From an uncultured Bdellovibrionales bacterium (lineage in GTDB: Bacteria > Myxococcota > XYA12-FULL-58-9 > CAYHNK01), in assembly GCA_964357695.1 (NCBI GenBank), contig CAYHNK010000002.1, positions 1 to 50,627 of the forward strand: a DNA stretch of 50,627 nt, written 5' to 3'. The position numbers and the translations under genes were made by a program. Shown here piece by piece: positions 1-9,701 of this stretch. Position 1 is the first letter of the stretch, and each line of letters opens with the position of its first letter. The notes beneath the pieces were generated by a model. The model had not been told where the DNA came from. It saw only the letters and a program-made list of their open reading frames with translations, and ran no database searches.

Positions 1-85
1 GCCTTCACGACCTTGATGAAAAAGCGCACCGTGAAATAGACGATGACGGCCCAGGTTCCCGCCAACATAGCCCAAGCCGACCAGG

Positions 86-1723
86 TCATGTCGTGCTCCT
101 TGCGCGCCGGCGCCACGCGATCCACACGAGCGCGGCGAAGCCAGCAAACACCGCGAGCAGCACCGCACGTGACATGTCCTGCACGAAAGCGTGCGTCAAA
201 GTCCCGTCGGCGCCAGTCCATGCGTAGCCACCATCGCCGACGTGCAACAGGCGCCCGACGACGCTATCGGGTGCCCAAGGCCAGCCATCGCCCGCGAACA
301 GCGAGGTACAGGCCGCCGACCACTCGCCCACGGGCTTGATGAGTGCACCGACAAAGACGACCAAGATGAAGACCGGCGTGACGAACTGGATGATGTAGCG
401 AAAAGCGACTGGCACCTGCATGTCGGCGCCGCGCGTGATCTCGTCCCAGCCCTTTTTCATGCCGAAGATCCAGGCGAAGATGAACACCTCGCCCAGGGCA
501 AAGAGCACCAGCGCAAAGGTGCCGCTCCAGAAATCGAACTCGTCGAATGCGCCACCCGGATAGAGCCAGACGCACAGCACGCCCAGCACGAACGTCGCCC
601 CACCGAAGAGCAGCGCGGCAGACACACGGCGAACTTTGAACTCGTCCTCGAAGAACGCCATGATGGGCTGCCCCATGGCGAGCGACGAGGTGATGCCGGC
701 GAAAAAGAGCAGGCCAAACCACATGGCCCCGGCGAGCGGTCCAAACCAGCCCCACTTCTCGAACAGGGTTGGCAGGGTGAGAAAGCCCAGTGAGAAGCCA
801 CTGCCGCCGGCCGTGGCCGCCTGCACCGCCTCGAGGCCAAGATATGCGGTCGCGATGGGAATGAGGATAGAGCCGCCGAGCACCACCTCGACGAATTCAT
901 TCATCCAGCCTGCTGAGGCCGCGTTGAGCGCGATGTCGTCGCGCTCGGCGACATAGGACGCGTAGCAGTGAATCGATCCCATGCCGACGGACAACGTAAA
1001 GAAGATCTGTCCCGCCGCCGCAAGCCACGTGGCCGGATCGAGCAGGCCCGAGGGCTTGGGCTCCCAGACAAAATTGAGGCCGACGAACGGGCTCTGCACG
1101 ACGTCGGCAGTGCCGGGCTCGAGCATGAAAGCGCGAATCGCCAAGATCACGGCAAACAAGAGCAAGAGCGGCATGCCAATTTTCGCCGCGAGCTCGACGC
1201 CCTTGGCAAGGCCACGCGAGAGGATCCACAAGTTGAGCGCCAGCGTCAGTATGAACCAAAAGAACGCCTCGTGCGGAAACGCCCAGATCGAGTCCGCCGT
1301 CACGCCGAGGTAGGCGGGAAAGAACTCGGTTGGGGCGATGGCGCGGAAGGTGCCGACGAGCGAATGCCACACGTAGGCAAGCGTCCATGACTCGATGTAG
1401 CAGTAGTAGGCGGCGATGGTGAGGTTCGCAAACAAGCCGAAGACGCCGACGTACTTGAGCCACGGGTAGGGTCCAAGGCGGTCGAGCATGCCGGGCGCAG
1501 AGTGGTGGCCGTAGCGACCACCGTGGCGACCAATCGCCCATTCCACCCACAGGAGCGGGATCCCCATCAGCACGAACGACACGAGGTAGGGGATGAGAAA
1601 GGCGCCGCCGCCGTGCTGTGCTGCCTGCGCGGGAAAACGTAGGAAGTTGCCCAAGCCGACCGCGTTGCCGGCCATGGCTAGCACCAGCCCGACGCGCGAG
1701 CCCCATCGTTCGCCGTTGGACAC
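86..1723 (-). CDS. sodium-dependent transporter, NSS/SNF family
   Basis: 545-aa ORF. N-terminal WGSRVGLVLAMAGNAVGLGNFLRFP is the NSS signature, and the protein has many hydrophobic segments. GTG start at 1723. Confidence 0.9.
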   Translation of the reverse strand: MSNGERWGSRVGLVLAMAGNAVGLGNFLRFPAQAAQHGGGAFLIPYLVSFVLMGIPLLWVEWAIGRHGGRYGHHSAPGMLDRLGPYPWLKYVGVFGLFANLTIAAYYCYIESWTLAYVWHSLVGTFRAIAPTEFFPAYLGVTADSIWAFPHEAFFWFILTLALNLWILSRGLAKGVELAAKIGMPLLLLFAVILAIRAFMLEPGTADVVQSPFVGLNFVWEPKPSGLLDPATWLAAAGQIFFTLSVGMGSIHCYASYVAERDDIALNAASAGWMNEFVEVVLGGSILIPIATAYLGLEAVQAATAGGSGFSLGFLTLPTLFEKWGWFGPLAGAMWFGLLFFAGITSSLAMGQPIMAFFEDEFKVRRVSAALLFGGATFVLGVLCVWLYPGGAFDEFDFWSGTFALVLFALGEVFIFAWIFGMKKGWDEITRGADMQVPVAFRYIIQFVTPVFILVVFVGALIKPVGEWSAACTSLFAGDGWPWAPDSVVGRLLHVGDGGYAWTGADGTLTHAFVQDMSRAVLLAVFAGFAALVWIAWRRRARSTT

Positions 1724-1736
1724 GAAGACCTCCGAC

Positions 1737-2321
1737 CTATTCGTTCTTCATGGCCATCAGCTTGTACTGCCCGAGCTCCGCCTGACCCGCGGTGTAGAGC
1801 ACGGCGAGAATCGTGCGATAGGGAATACGTCTGTCAGCCACGATGTTGACCTGACCGGTAAAGGGTGCGGCCGGGTTGTACTTGGCGATGTACTTCGCCT
1901 TCTCGACTTCCTGCTCGAGCTGATCGAGCAGTGGAAGCAGGAGCGGATTGTTCGCGTCTTCATCGGCCCGATACTCCGGCGCGATGACCCCGTTGACCAC
2001 CGGCAGCACCTTCTTATCATTGACCGACAGCTCGCTGACCGACAGCGTGATCATGATATTTTCTTTTGGCTGCAGTTGCGTCGTCGACTGGGGCAAGGTC
2101 AATTCCTCGCCCATCTGCACGTTGATGGACGAGGCCGTGTACGACTTGAGCAGGAACACGAGGATGATGGTCATCATGTCCATCATCGCGGTGATGTTCA
2201 GCTCCTTGATTTCGCCGGCGCGCTCACGCGCCTTGCGTCGCTCCTTGCGATAGTGTCGGCTCTCGCGCTCGGCAGCGTACGCTTCGTCCTCCGTCATACT
2301 CACGTCGGTCGGCGCAGTCAT
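1737..2321 (-). CDS. ExbD/TolR-family biopolymer transport protein
   Basis: Charged N-terminus, a single TM (MMDMMTIILVFLL), then a periplasmic domain. ATG at 2321 lies 2 nt after the upstream stop. The ORF-track start at 2348 is the alternative. Confidence 0.8.
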   Translation of the reverse strand: MTAPTDVSMTEDEAYAAERESRHYRKERRKARERAGEIKELNITAMMDMMTIILVFLLKSYTASSINVQMGEELTLPQSTTQLQPKENIMITLSVSELSVNDKKVLPVVNGVIAPEYRADEDANNPLLLPLLDQLEQEVEKAKYIAKYNPAAPFTGQVNIVADRRIPYRTILAVLYTAGQAELGQYKLMAMKNE

Positions 2322-2323
2322 GC

Positions 2324-2872
2324 TCAACCCCGCAACGTCGAGAGCCACACGTTCGGAAACAGCGTCTGGTTACCGCCGCCTTCGCCGGCTCCCTTGCGCT
2401 CCCGACACGCGTCCATGGTCTGGATGACAAAATCGTAAGCGATATCGTCCTCGGCCAACAAGATCACGCGCGTCTCGTTGGGGAACTTCACTTTGATCAT
2501 CGCCAACAGCTCGCCGAGAGCAGCGTAGTCGTATAGGCCATTCTTGCGTGGCACCGTCGGGGGGCGCTCGGTATCGACGTTGGTGGTCGTCCCGGTGTCA
2601 CCGGGCAACACGCCACCTGTGCCGGCCACAAAAAAGCCCTTGTCGCTGATGGCGACGGTCAAGGTGAGCGGCGGCGTATCGGATGGCGCGGGCGCCGCAG
2701 CGCTCGCCGTGTCGGGCGCACCGATCTTGGGCGTACCGACATCCAGCACGCCGAGACTGATGAGACCGACCATCGATACCAGGATGAACATGACCAGGTT
2801 GGTGACGATGTCCAGGTACGGAACGATGTTCAGCTCGCCGATCTCATCTTCGTCGCGGACTTTTCGGCGCAT
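2324..2872 (-). CDS. ExbD/TolR-family biopolymer transport protein
   Basis: N-terminal GELNIVPYLDIVTNLVMFILV motif typical of ExbD/TolR. Tightly packed behind the ExbB-like gene. Confidence 0.85.
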   Translation of the reverse strand: MRRKVRDEDEIGELNIVPYLDIVTNLVMFILVSMVGLISLGVLDVGTPKIGAPDTASAAAPAPSDTPPLTLTVAISDKGFFVAGTGGVLPGDTGTTTNVDTERPPTVPRKNGLYDYAALGELLAMIKVKFPNETRVILLAEDDIAYDFVIQTMDACRERKGAGEGGGNQTLFPNVWLSTLRG

Positions 2873-2875
2873 GCG

Positions 2876-3532
2876 CTAGGCCCGGTCGAGCGGATTGACT
2901 TCGCCAGCACCACGCTGCGTGAGCATGCTCTCCAGGCGCAGGGCGTGGAACTCGATCTCGTCGACGATGGCCTTCGACTTGTTGTGCAGGATCATATGCG
3001 CAACGATGCACATGACGGCGATCATCAGACCGAAGGCCGTGTTGTTCATGGCCTCGGAGATACCGCGCGACAACATGATCTGCTTCATTTCAGCACTCGC
3101 CGCACCGAGTGCTTTGAACGTGGCGATAAGACCCGTGATGGTACCGATGAGGCCGACGAGTGTCGCGATGTTAGCGATCGACCACAGCGTGGCGACGCGC
3201 TTGGAGATACGCGGCGTCACCTCGAGGACCGATTCTTCGAGTGCGCGACTGATCTCGCGCTGGCCGCGGTTCGCGCGCGTGAGGCCCGCTCGAATGACGT
3301 GTGAGAGGGCGGCATTGGGCGCCGAGGCGCACAGCTTGATGGCGCGATCGACGTTGTTGCTCATGATGAGTTTTTGGATCTGCGCCATAAAAGCACGCGA
3401 ATCCAGATTGAGACGAAACATGAGCATCAGCACCCGTTCGGTGATCGTCGCCAGAGCGAACGTCATGAACACCAGGTTCAAGTACATGAACGGGCCGCCC
3501 TCGCGGAAGAACGCTGCCAATTCCTTAAGCAT
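2876..3532 (-). CDS. MotA/TolQ/ExbB proton-channel protein
   Basis: 218 aa with three TM segments and the conserved GLIGTITGLI...FGLMIA region of the MotA/TolQ/ExbB family. First gene of a 3-gene cluster. Confidence 0.9.
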   Translation of the reverse strand: MLKELAAFFREGGPFMYLNLVFMTFALATITERVLMLMFRLNLDSRAFMAQIQKLIMSNNVDRAIKLCASAPNAALSHVIRAGLTRANRGQREISRALEESVLEVTPRISKRVATLWSIANIATLVGLIGTITGLIATFKALGAASAEMKQIMLSRGISEAMNNTAFGLMIAVMCIVAHMILHNKSKAIVDEIEFHALRLESMLTQRGAGEVNPLDRA

Positions 3533-3763
3533 CCTTGAGCTACCTCCAGACCGCGTCGCACGGGTTTGCCGGTGTCTTACAACTTTTCGTTGCGGAAATC
3601 AAAGCACAGTCGCGTGGCGTGGCGGGTCGGGAGACGTGCGGAATTGCCGCACCCGGCTCCTCGGGCTACGGGCTCGCTGCCGCCCCATGCAGGGAATGAC
3701 CGCAGATTGGCTCGGGCAACCTTTTGGATGCACGCGGCACTGACCTGACGATAGGATGCGCGC

Positions 3764-5662
3764 ATGACCCGACGCCAGGTACGCACCGCCATATCGCTCG
3801 GCCTCGTCATGCTTGTGCTGCTCGCTGTCGCCCTCCACCGCCGGGCAGTCCAACGGGACGCCGCACCGACGCAACCGCCTACGAGCGCCGCGAGCGACGG
3901 CACGACGCTGCTACCCCATCGTCCTTCCAGTGCGGTGCGCCCCCTACGAATGTCGGGCGCTGCGGCCGTCCGCACGTCGGGGGCAACCCTCGCGACCTTC
4001 TCGGGACATGTGAAGTCCGCCGCCAGCGGGCGTGGTCTTGCCGGCGTCGATCTCACATTTTCGCGCGACGGCACCTCGCACGGTTGCGTGAGCGAAGCCG
4101 ATGGCGCCTTTCGTTTCAGCACTCGCGAAGCGGGAGAGTACACGCTCGCCACCGTCATGGCCGACGGCTACTTGCCCTATGCGCCCGCGTGGGGGGCAAG
4201 CCCCGTGCGCTTGACGGCGGAGCTCGGCCAACACATCGAGGGGATCGTCCTCTATCTCGAACAGGAGATGCGCTACCTCGCACGCGTCACCGACAGTGAC
4301 GGCCGCCCGCTCGCCCACGCGAGCGCGCGTCTCTTTCTCCCCGCTGCGGCCATGTCTTCGCTCGCCCCGCCCGTCATAGACTACGTCGCCGACGCCGGCG
4401 GACGCTTCGAATTTCGAGCCCCCGAAGACACGGTCATCGAAGCCAGCCATCCCGGCTACGCGCCCGCCCACAAGCGCCTCGATGCGTCCAGCGCGCCCGG
4501 CCACGAGGTCGTGCTCGAGCTCGCCTGTGACGAAAGCGTGCTTACGCTTCTTACGCTCTCCGGACGCGTGCTCGACGCGGACGACAACCCCGTGCCGGGC
4601 GCGCGCGTCACGGCCCATCGCGCCGCAGGCGACCCTTTCGCCGACGAGCGGTCGTGGTGGAATTGCGACAGCGACGAGGAAGGGCGCTTCGCGCTCACGG
4701 GGCTCGGCAGCGGCGACTACGCGCTCGTCGCCACCTTCGCCGGGATGGTGCCTTCATCGGAGCTGGTGGTTACGGCCGGCAGCACCAACGCCGTGCTCCG
4801 ACTCGGCGCGCCCGGCGGCAGCATCATTGGCACGGTGCGCGACGAGGTCACGGATCGACCGGTGGCAGGCTTCGTGATCGTGCTGTCGGTGGCGCACAGC
4901 GCACTGGACGAGATGCCCATCATGGCGCAGTCGTTCTTCGATCCGCACGGTCGCTTCGCACTCGGGCCACTGCAACCCGGCCGCTACCGTGTCCGCGCGC
5001 TCACCAGCGGATTCGCGCCGTCGTCAGCCGTGTGGGCGGAGGTCGAGGCGGACCTCGACACGCGTATCGCCCTGCAACTGCGGGCGGGGGGCGCCGTGCA
5101 TGGTCGCGTCGTCGATGCCTCCTCGGGCACACCACTGGCGCAGGCGCACATCACCATCGAGGGGTCGGACGGCGGCGAGGGGCTGCCCGTCCCGGTGCTC
5201 GCGGAGACAAGAGCTGCGCTCGACGGCACCTTCTCGCTGAGCGGGCTTGCCCCGGGACTTCGGTCCATCCGTGTCGGTGCCGCCGGACACCACCATCGGC
5301 TGGTTTCCGGTCTCGCAATCATCGAGGGCGAAGAGCTCGATCTGAGCGACGTCGCGTTGACACCGCTCGGGCCCGAGGAGACCCCGCAGCACGAGCTCGT
5401 CGGCATCGGCGCAGCCCTCGCTCCGGAGAGCAACGTTGTGCGGGTCGGCCCACTCATCCCCGGTGGTGGTGCCATGGAAGCCGGCCTCGTGCAGGGAGAC
5501 GCCATTCTCGCCATCGATGACACACCGGTCAAGACGCTGGACTTCAACGAAGTGATCCAACGCATTCGTGGTCCCGAGGGCAGCGTCGTGCGACTGCGAG
5601 TGCGCCGCGCGAATGGCTCAGAGACGACCTTGGACGTCGTGCGTCGACCAATCCGGGGATAG
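3764..5662 (+). CDS. secreted protein with carboxypeptidase-regulatory-like repeats and C-terminal PDZ domain
   Basis: N-terminal TM/signal (ISLGLVMLVLLAVAL). Repeated G(R/T)V.D....P..GA.V modules (CarboxypepD_reg-like). C-terminal GGAMEAGLVQGDAILAIDDTPV is PDZ-like. Confidence 0.75.
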   Translation: MTRRQVRTAISLGLVMLVLLAVALHRRAVQRDAAPTQPPTSAASDGTTLLPHRPSSAVRPLRMSGAAAVRTSGATLATFSGHVKSAASGRGLAGVDLTFSRDGTSHGCVSEADGAFRFSTREAGEYTLATVMADGYLPYAPAWGASPVRLTAELGQHIEGIVLYLEQEMRYLARVTDSDGRPLAHASARLFLPAAAMSSLAPPVIDYVADAGGRFEFRAPEDTVIEASHPGYAPAHKRLDASSAPGHEVVLELACDESVLTLLTLSGRVLDADDNPVPGARVTAHRAAGDPFADERSWWNCDSDEEGRFALTGLGSGDYALVATFAGMVPSSELVVTAGSTNAVLRLGAPGGSIIGTVRDEVTDRPVAGFVIVLSVAHSALDEMPIMAQSFFDPHGRFALGPLQPGRYRVRALTSGFAPSSAVWAEVEADLDTRIALQLRAGGAVHGRVVDASSGTPLAQAHITIEGSDGGEGLPVPVLAETRAALDGTFSLSGLAPGLRSIRVGAAGHHHRLVSGLAIIEGEELDLSDVALTPLGPEETPQHELVGIGAALAPESNVVRVGPLIPGGGAMEAGLVQGDAILAIDDTPVKTLDFNEVIQRIRGPEGSVVRLRVRRANGSETTLDVVRRPIRG

Positions 5663-5815
5663 GGAAGCGTGACGCTGCGCCAAGACATCTCACTCTGTGT
5701 CCCAAGCTGACACACGGTCGCGCGACGGCATCGCCGAAGGTTGGTCACTGCGGCGTCGGCCCAGGCCTTCAGCCATCGTGTGCGCCTGGCATGATCCTCG
5801 CCACAGCGAGCCGCG

Positions 5816-5918
5816 ATGCTCGCTCCAGCACCATACGCCGCGCCGGTCGTCTATCGTCGGCAAGACCCAGAGAAGACGGTGCTGTACCGAGCCGTCGCCG
5901 AGCACCTGCCGGCGTTCC
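5816..5918 (+). pseudogene. IS91-family transposase N-terminal relic (copy 1 of 5)
   Basis: Encodes YRRQDPEKTVLYRAVAEHLPAF. About 50 nt are near-identical to 8913-8963. Homology stops abruptly after 5918. Confidence 0.55.
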
Positions 5919-6250
5919 CACGCGCACGTCGTGCGGCTGTGCGGGTGACTCGTAAATGCCATGCTACCCTCCGCGTCGTCGGGCGTCGGCCACGACTATC
6001 GACTGTTCGCCGATGGGGCGCCAGCCGCTTGTTCTGGGGCGCGTTGCCCTGAGGGCTCGGCCCAGACAACGCCGCGGGCAAATGGCCGAAACGACCGTCG
6101 TCGCTCCGTGCTCGCAACCCGGCGTGCGGTTTGTGCGCTGGTACGGTCGGCGCCCGCCGATCGTGCCGCAACTTTCGTGGGTCGAGAGGCTCTTGCGGGG
6201 TGTACACTGGCAATTGAGTCCGATATGCCACTGCACACGAGGAGCTGCGC

Positions 6251-6856
6251 GTGAGTCGCAATCGCCTTCGCGTCGAGCCGCTACGGCGCTACCGCGCGCC
6301 GTCCTATCCACACGCACCTCTCGATGTCCGACCCCTATTGACCGCGCCGCGCTCGACGTCGAGCAGGACGGCGAAGCTCCTGCGCGCATTGGCGCTCGGC
6401 AGCGCCCCATTCGGGCTTGCCGCCTGCGACTACATCGTTCCTCCCGCGACAGCCGGCTCGATACCTTTTGAAGGCCACTACTACTATTTGAGTGAGACCG
6501 ACGCGCTGCCGCTCCTGCACGAAGCGTTCGTCGCACGCGGTTTGACGATCACGGCGCCGTACACCTTTGCGCTGGACGCCGTCGCCTTCGAGGCGGACGG
6601 CTACGACGCGCAGAAGCGAGTGGGGTATGAGCTCATCGACATCGAGGAGGCCGGCTCGGCTTCGGTGCCATCCGCCGACGCGCAGGTGCAGCTCGAGAGC
6701 TGGCGAGCCGGCACGGGACCGTACTTCCTCATTCTCGATGCGCAAAGCTATCTCTACGCCCTCGACGTCGACGGCGACTACGAGGCGCGCCTCGACGAGC
6801 TGCGCTCCGACATCGGGGCCTTTCTCGACGAGCTGGCCGCCGCGGGCGTCATTTAG
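6251..6856 (+). CDS. hypothetical lipoprotein
   Basis: GTG-start ORF with a lipobox-like FGLAAC. No family recognised. Its stop lies 9 nt before the radical-SAM gene. The true start is uncertain. Confidence 0.5.
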   Translation: MSRNRLRVEPLRRYRAPSYPHAPLDVRPLLTAPRSTSSRTAKLLRALALGSAPFGLAACDYIVPPATAGSIPFEGHYYYLSETDALPLLHEAFVARGLTITAPYTFALDAVAFEADGYDAQKRVGYELIDIEEAGSASVPSADAQVQLESWRAGTGPYFLILDAQSYLYALDVDGDYEARLDELRSDIGAFLDELAAAGVI

Positions 6857-6864
6857 AGGAGTCG

Positions 6865-8010
6865 ATGCGCGTCTCGCTCCATTTGACGCAAGACTGCAAT
6901 CTGCGCTGTCGCTACTGCTACGCTGGGGCGAAGGCGGCGCGGCCGATGTCACGCGAGACGCTGCACGCCGCGATTGAGCTCATCTTCGCCGAGCTCGTCG
7001 GCAACAGACTTGCCGTCACCTTTTCGGGTGGCGAACCGCTGCTCGAACCCGCGCTCCTCCAAGAGGCTGTGACGCTCGTGCGACAACGGCAAAAGGAGCG
7101 CGACGGGCTGAAGGTGCGCTTCGCCGTCAATACCAACGGCACCGTGCTCGATGCGGCGCGGGCGCGGCTCCTCATCGAAGAGCGCTTTCACATCGTGCTC
7201 AGTATCGACGGCGCCACCGCGACGCACGACGCGGCGAGACCCTTCGTCGGCGGCACGGGCTCATTTTTCGCCGTGGAGAAAAACCTCGACGCTCTTCTGG
7301 CTCTCAACCCGTATCTCGTCACTATCTCAGTGGTGGCGCCGCAGAGCGCGGCACAAGTTCCCGAGACGGTAGAGCTCTTGGCCTCGCGGGGCGTGCGCTT
7401 TGTCTCTCTCGTGCCTGATCACACGGGCGCGTGGGATGACGCGAGCTTTGGCACGTTACGCCGGGCCTACCAAGAGCTGTCCGTTCTCTATGAAGGCATG
7501 TTTTGCCGCGGCAAGACGCTCCATCTCAATCTCTTCGACGAGCGCATCCGCAGCCACGTTCACGGGGGGCGGGCGCGCGAGGTCTGTGACCTCGGGGATG
7601 AGCTTGCTATTGGACCGGACGGCAGCATCTTTCCCTGCGCTCAATTCGTCACGGCCCGCGGCATGGAGGCGGGTACGATGGCTCTCGGCGACGTGCGCGG
7701 CGGTCTTTTGCGCCAGCGGCGGGCGGCGGTCGTGGCCTCGTCGAAGCGGCGGCCTCAGGCGTGTCGCGACTGCGCACTCGAAGGTCGCTGCGTGAACGAC
7801 TGCAGCTGCGTGAGCTTTCGCACGACGGGACGGGTCGACGAGGTCTCGGGCTTTTCCTGTGCGCACGAGCGGATGCTCACGCCCATCGTCGATCGCGCGG
7901 CCGAGCGGCTCTTCGCGACGAAGAACGACCTCTTTCTGCGTCGCTTCTACGACCCCGAGCGCGCCTGGGACGCGCTCGCAGGGGACCTGTGGCGTGCGGC
8001 GGCCGGTTGA
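6865..8010 (+). CDS. radical SAM/SPASM-domain protein (anSME/peptide-maturase-like)
   Basis: CNLRCRYC (CxxxCxxC) at residues 11-18, GGEPLL, and C-terminal Cys clusters (PDGSIFPC, CRDCALEGRCVNDCSC) typical of a SPASM extension. Confidence 0.85.
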   Translation: MRVSLHLTQDCNLRCRYCYAGAKAARPMSRETLHAAIELIFAELVGNRLAVTFSGGEPLLEPALLQEAVTLVRQRQKERDGLKVRFAVNTNGTVLDAARARLLIEERFHIVLSIDGATATHDAARPFVGGTGSFFAVEKNLDALLALNPYLVTISVVAPQSAAQVPETVELLASRGVRFVSLVPDHTGAWDDASFGTLRRAYQELSVLYEGMFCRGKTLHLNLFDERIRSHVHGGRAREVCDLGDELAIGPDGSIFPCAQFVTARGMEAGTMALGDVRGGLLRQRRAAVVASSKRRPQACRDCALEGRCVNDCSCVSFRTTGRVDEVSGFSCAHERMLTPIVDRAAERLFATKNDLFLRRFYDPERAWDALAGDLWRAAAG

Positions 8011-8079
8011 GAGCCCCCAGCCTCTCGGGGCGCTTTGTGCGCACGTCTGCCCTGCGATTGCCGTCAGACACGGTCCTAG

Positions 8080-8096
8080 TTATACTGCAAGTATGA
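8080..8096. promoter_or_regulatory. imperfect palindrome TTATAC-N5-GTATGA overlapping the mazE-like start, with a -10-like TATACT
   Basis: Seen directly. One mismatch to a perfect inverted repeat. Candidate autoregulatory operator. Confidence 0.25.
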
Positions 8097-8329
8097 AGAC
8101 AGCGATATCGCTTCCCGACCCGCTCTTTGAACGTGCCGAGCGGTTCGCGCGACGACTGAAGAAGAGCCGCAGCGAGATCTATCGCGATGCGGTGAGCGAA
8201 TACCTCATGCGCCACGACGCCGACGAGGTGACGGAGGCGCTCGATGCCATTGCCGCACGCGCCGAGACGCGCGCCGATGCATTCGTTGCGAGCGCCGCGC
8301 ACAGACTCCTGCGGGGCGAGCAGTGGTGA
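8093..8329 (+). CDS. ribbon-helix-helix antitoxin (MazE/CopG-like)
   Basis: 78 aa. MKTAISLPDPLFERAERFARRLKKSRSEIYRDAV is a typical RHH N-terminus. Its stop overlaps the toxin start (GTGGTGA). Confidence 0.8.
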   Translation: MKTAISLPDPLFERAERFARRLKKSRSEIYRDAVSEYLMRHDADEVTEALDAIAARAETRADAFVASAAHRLLRGEQW

Positions 8330-8676
8330 TTTCCCAGGGCGACGTCTGGTGGGCCGATCTCGGTGAGCCCGGCGGCTCGGCGCCGGGGTTCAAACGGCCA
8401 GTCGTTGTCGTGCAGGGCGACGCGTTCAACCGCAGTCGTCTCGCCACCGTCGTCTGTGTGCCTCTTACGAGCAATCTCGTGTGGGCTGACGCACCGGGGA
8501 ACGTGCTCTTGCGCCCCAAAGACACGGGGCTCGAGAAGGACTCGGTGGCGAATGTCTCGCAGCTCGTGACGGTGGACCGGTCGGTCCTGAGCGAGCGCGT
8601 GGGGAGCGTGACGCGCAAGCGTCTCCAACACCTCTTCTCTGGCATCGATCTCATGCTGGGCCGAACGGTGACGTGA
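8323..8676 (+). CDS. mazF: type II toxin, PemK/MazF family endoribonuclease
   Basis: GDVWWADLGEP.GS..G.KRPVVVVQ and VVCVPLTSN motifs of MazF/PemK. Translationally coupled to the upstream RHH gene. Confidence 0.9.
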   Translation: MVISQGDVWWADLGEPGGSAPGFKRPVVVVQGDAFNRSRLATVVCVPLTSNLVWADAPGNVLLRPKDTGLEKDSVANVSQLVTVDRSVLSERVGSVTRKRLQHLFSGIDLMLGRTVT

Positions 8677-8694
8677 GCTGAGGCGCTCTGGTAG

Positions 8695-9533
8695 GTGGCG
8701 GGGCAGCTTGCGGGCGCGTTTGGCGCCGACCTGCCGCCGACCGTCGCACGTCCCACCGAGGCCGACGGCTGTTCGACGACAACGCGGTGGTTTCTAGTAC
8801 CGCTGCCTCGGAATCCCAAGCGGTGCATTCGCACGCGGGAGCTCGCGCGCGAGGCCAACGCCAGCCGTCGCGTGCCCGCTCTCAACCAAGCTGCTCGTGT
8901 GGGTCGGCGAGAGCCCGAGAAGACGGTGCTGTACCAGGCGGTCGCCGAGCACCTGCCGGCGTTCTTGACGTCCGCGGAGAAGGGCGACCGGACGGTCCCG
9001 AAGCTCGTACGACGTGAGGTCGAGGGCTTTCTTGCTTGCGGTATCATCGAAAAGGGTGCGGTTCGCGTGCGCTGCCCGACGTGTGGCTTCGAGCGCCTCG
9101 TCGCGTGTAGCTGCAAGAGCAGGTCGGGGCTGTGCTCGAGCTGTGGGGCCCGACGCATGCTCGACGTGTCGACGCACCTGTGCACCAACGTCATCCCGGA
9201 CGTCCCCGTGCGCCAGTGGGTCATCACCGTCCCGACGTGGTCCGCATCTTTGTGCACGCAGTCTTCGCGCACCTTCGCTAGGTAGCTCGCCGCGAGCTCA
9301 CGCTGCCCGAGAACGCTCGCATCGAGGCGGGGGCGGTGTGCGTACCGCAGCGCTTCAACTCGGGCTTGGGACTTGCGCCCCATCTGCACGCTCTGGTGGC
9401 CGATGGCGTCTGGACACAGAGCGAGCTCGCCGCCGTGGCGTGGTCGGTGTGCGAGCGAACCGTCAAGCTCTTGAAGAAGCGCGGACAGTGGCTCGACGCG
9501 TGGATACGTGGTTGGCACCGAAGTTGGAAGTAG
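8695..9533 (+). pseudogene. IS91-family transposase, decayed (copy 2 of 5; N-terminal and middle parts)
   Basis: PEKTVLYQAVAEHLPAF, zinc-binding RCPTCGFERLVACSCKSRSGLCSSCGARRM, PVRQWV, then QRFNSGLGLAPHLHALVADGVW in another frame. Frame break near 9235, in-frame TAG at 9279-9281, and truncation at the R1 repeat (9502). Confidence 0.7.
9502..9527 (+). repeat. R1 repeat copy 1 (GGATACGTGGTTGGCACCGAAGTTGG)
   Basis: 25/26 identical to copies at 12709 and 14254. Sits exactly where the IS91 relic homology ends. Confidence 0.7.
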
Positions 9534-9701
9534 GAGCGGACAACGGAAGGATGACGCGCGTATTTGCTATGTGCCGCTCGACCCCACGACCCGCCGAACC
9601 GTCGCATCAAGCCGAAATCTTGGACGATACGAGAGGGTGGTGTTTCGGCGATTCTTAAGAGGCCGGCGGGTTGTTTGTGGCGCAGTCGCATTCGGCCGAC
9701 G

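Noticed and set aside
2876-3532. Calling the exbB/exbD/exbD-like trio the gliding-motility motor AglRQS or the Tol system
   Set aside because: Myxobacteria carry many MotA/TolQ/ExbB-ExbD paralog sets. Nothing in the sequence or its neighbours (no tolA/tolB/pal, no glt genes) discriminates between them.
8205-9518. 437-aa minus-strand ORF
   Set aside because: It runs antisense across mazF and the IS91 relic. Its composition is Arg/Ser/Pro-rich, whereas the plus-strand frames carry clear family motifs.
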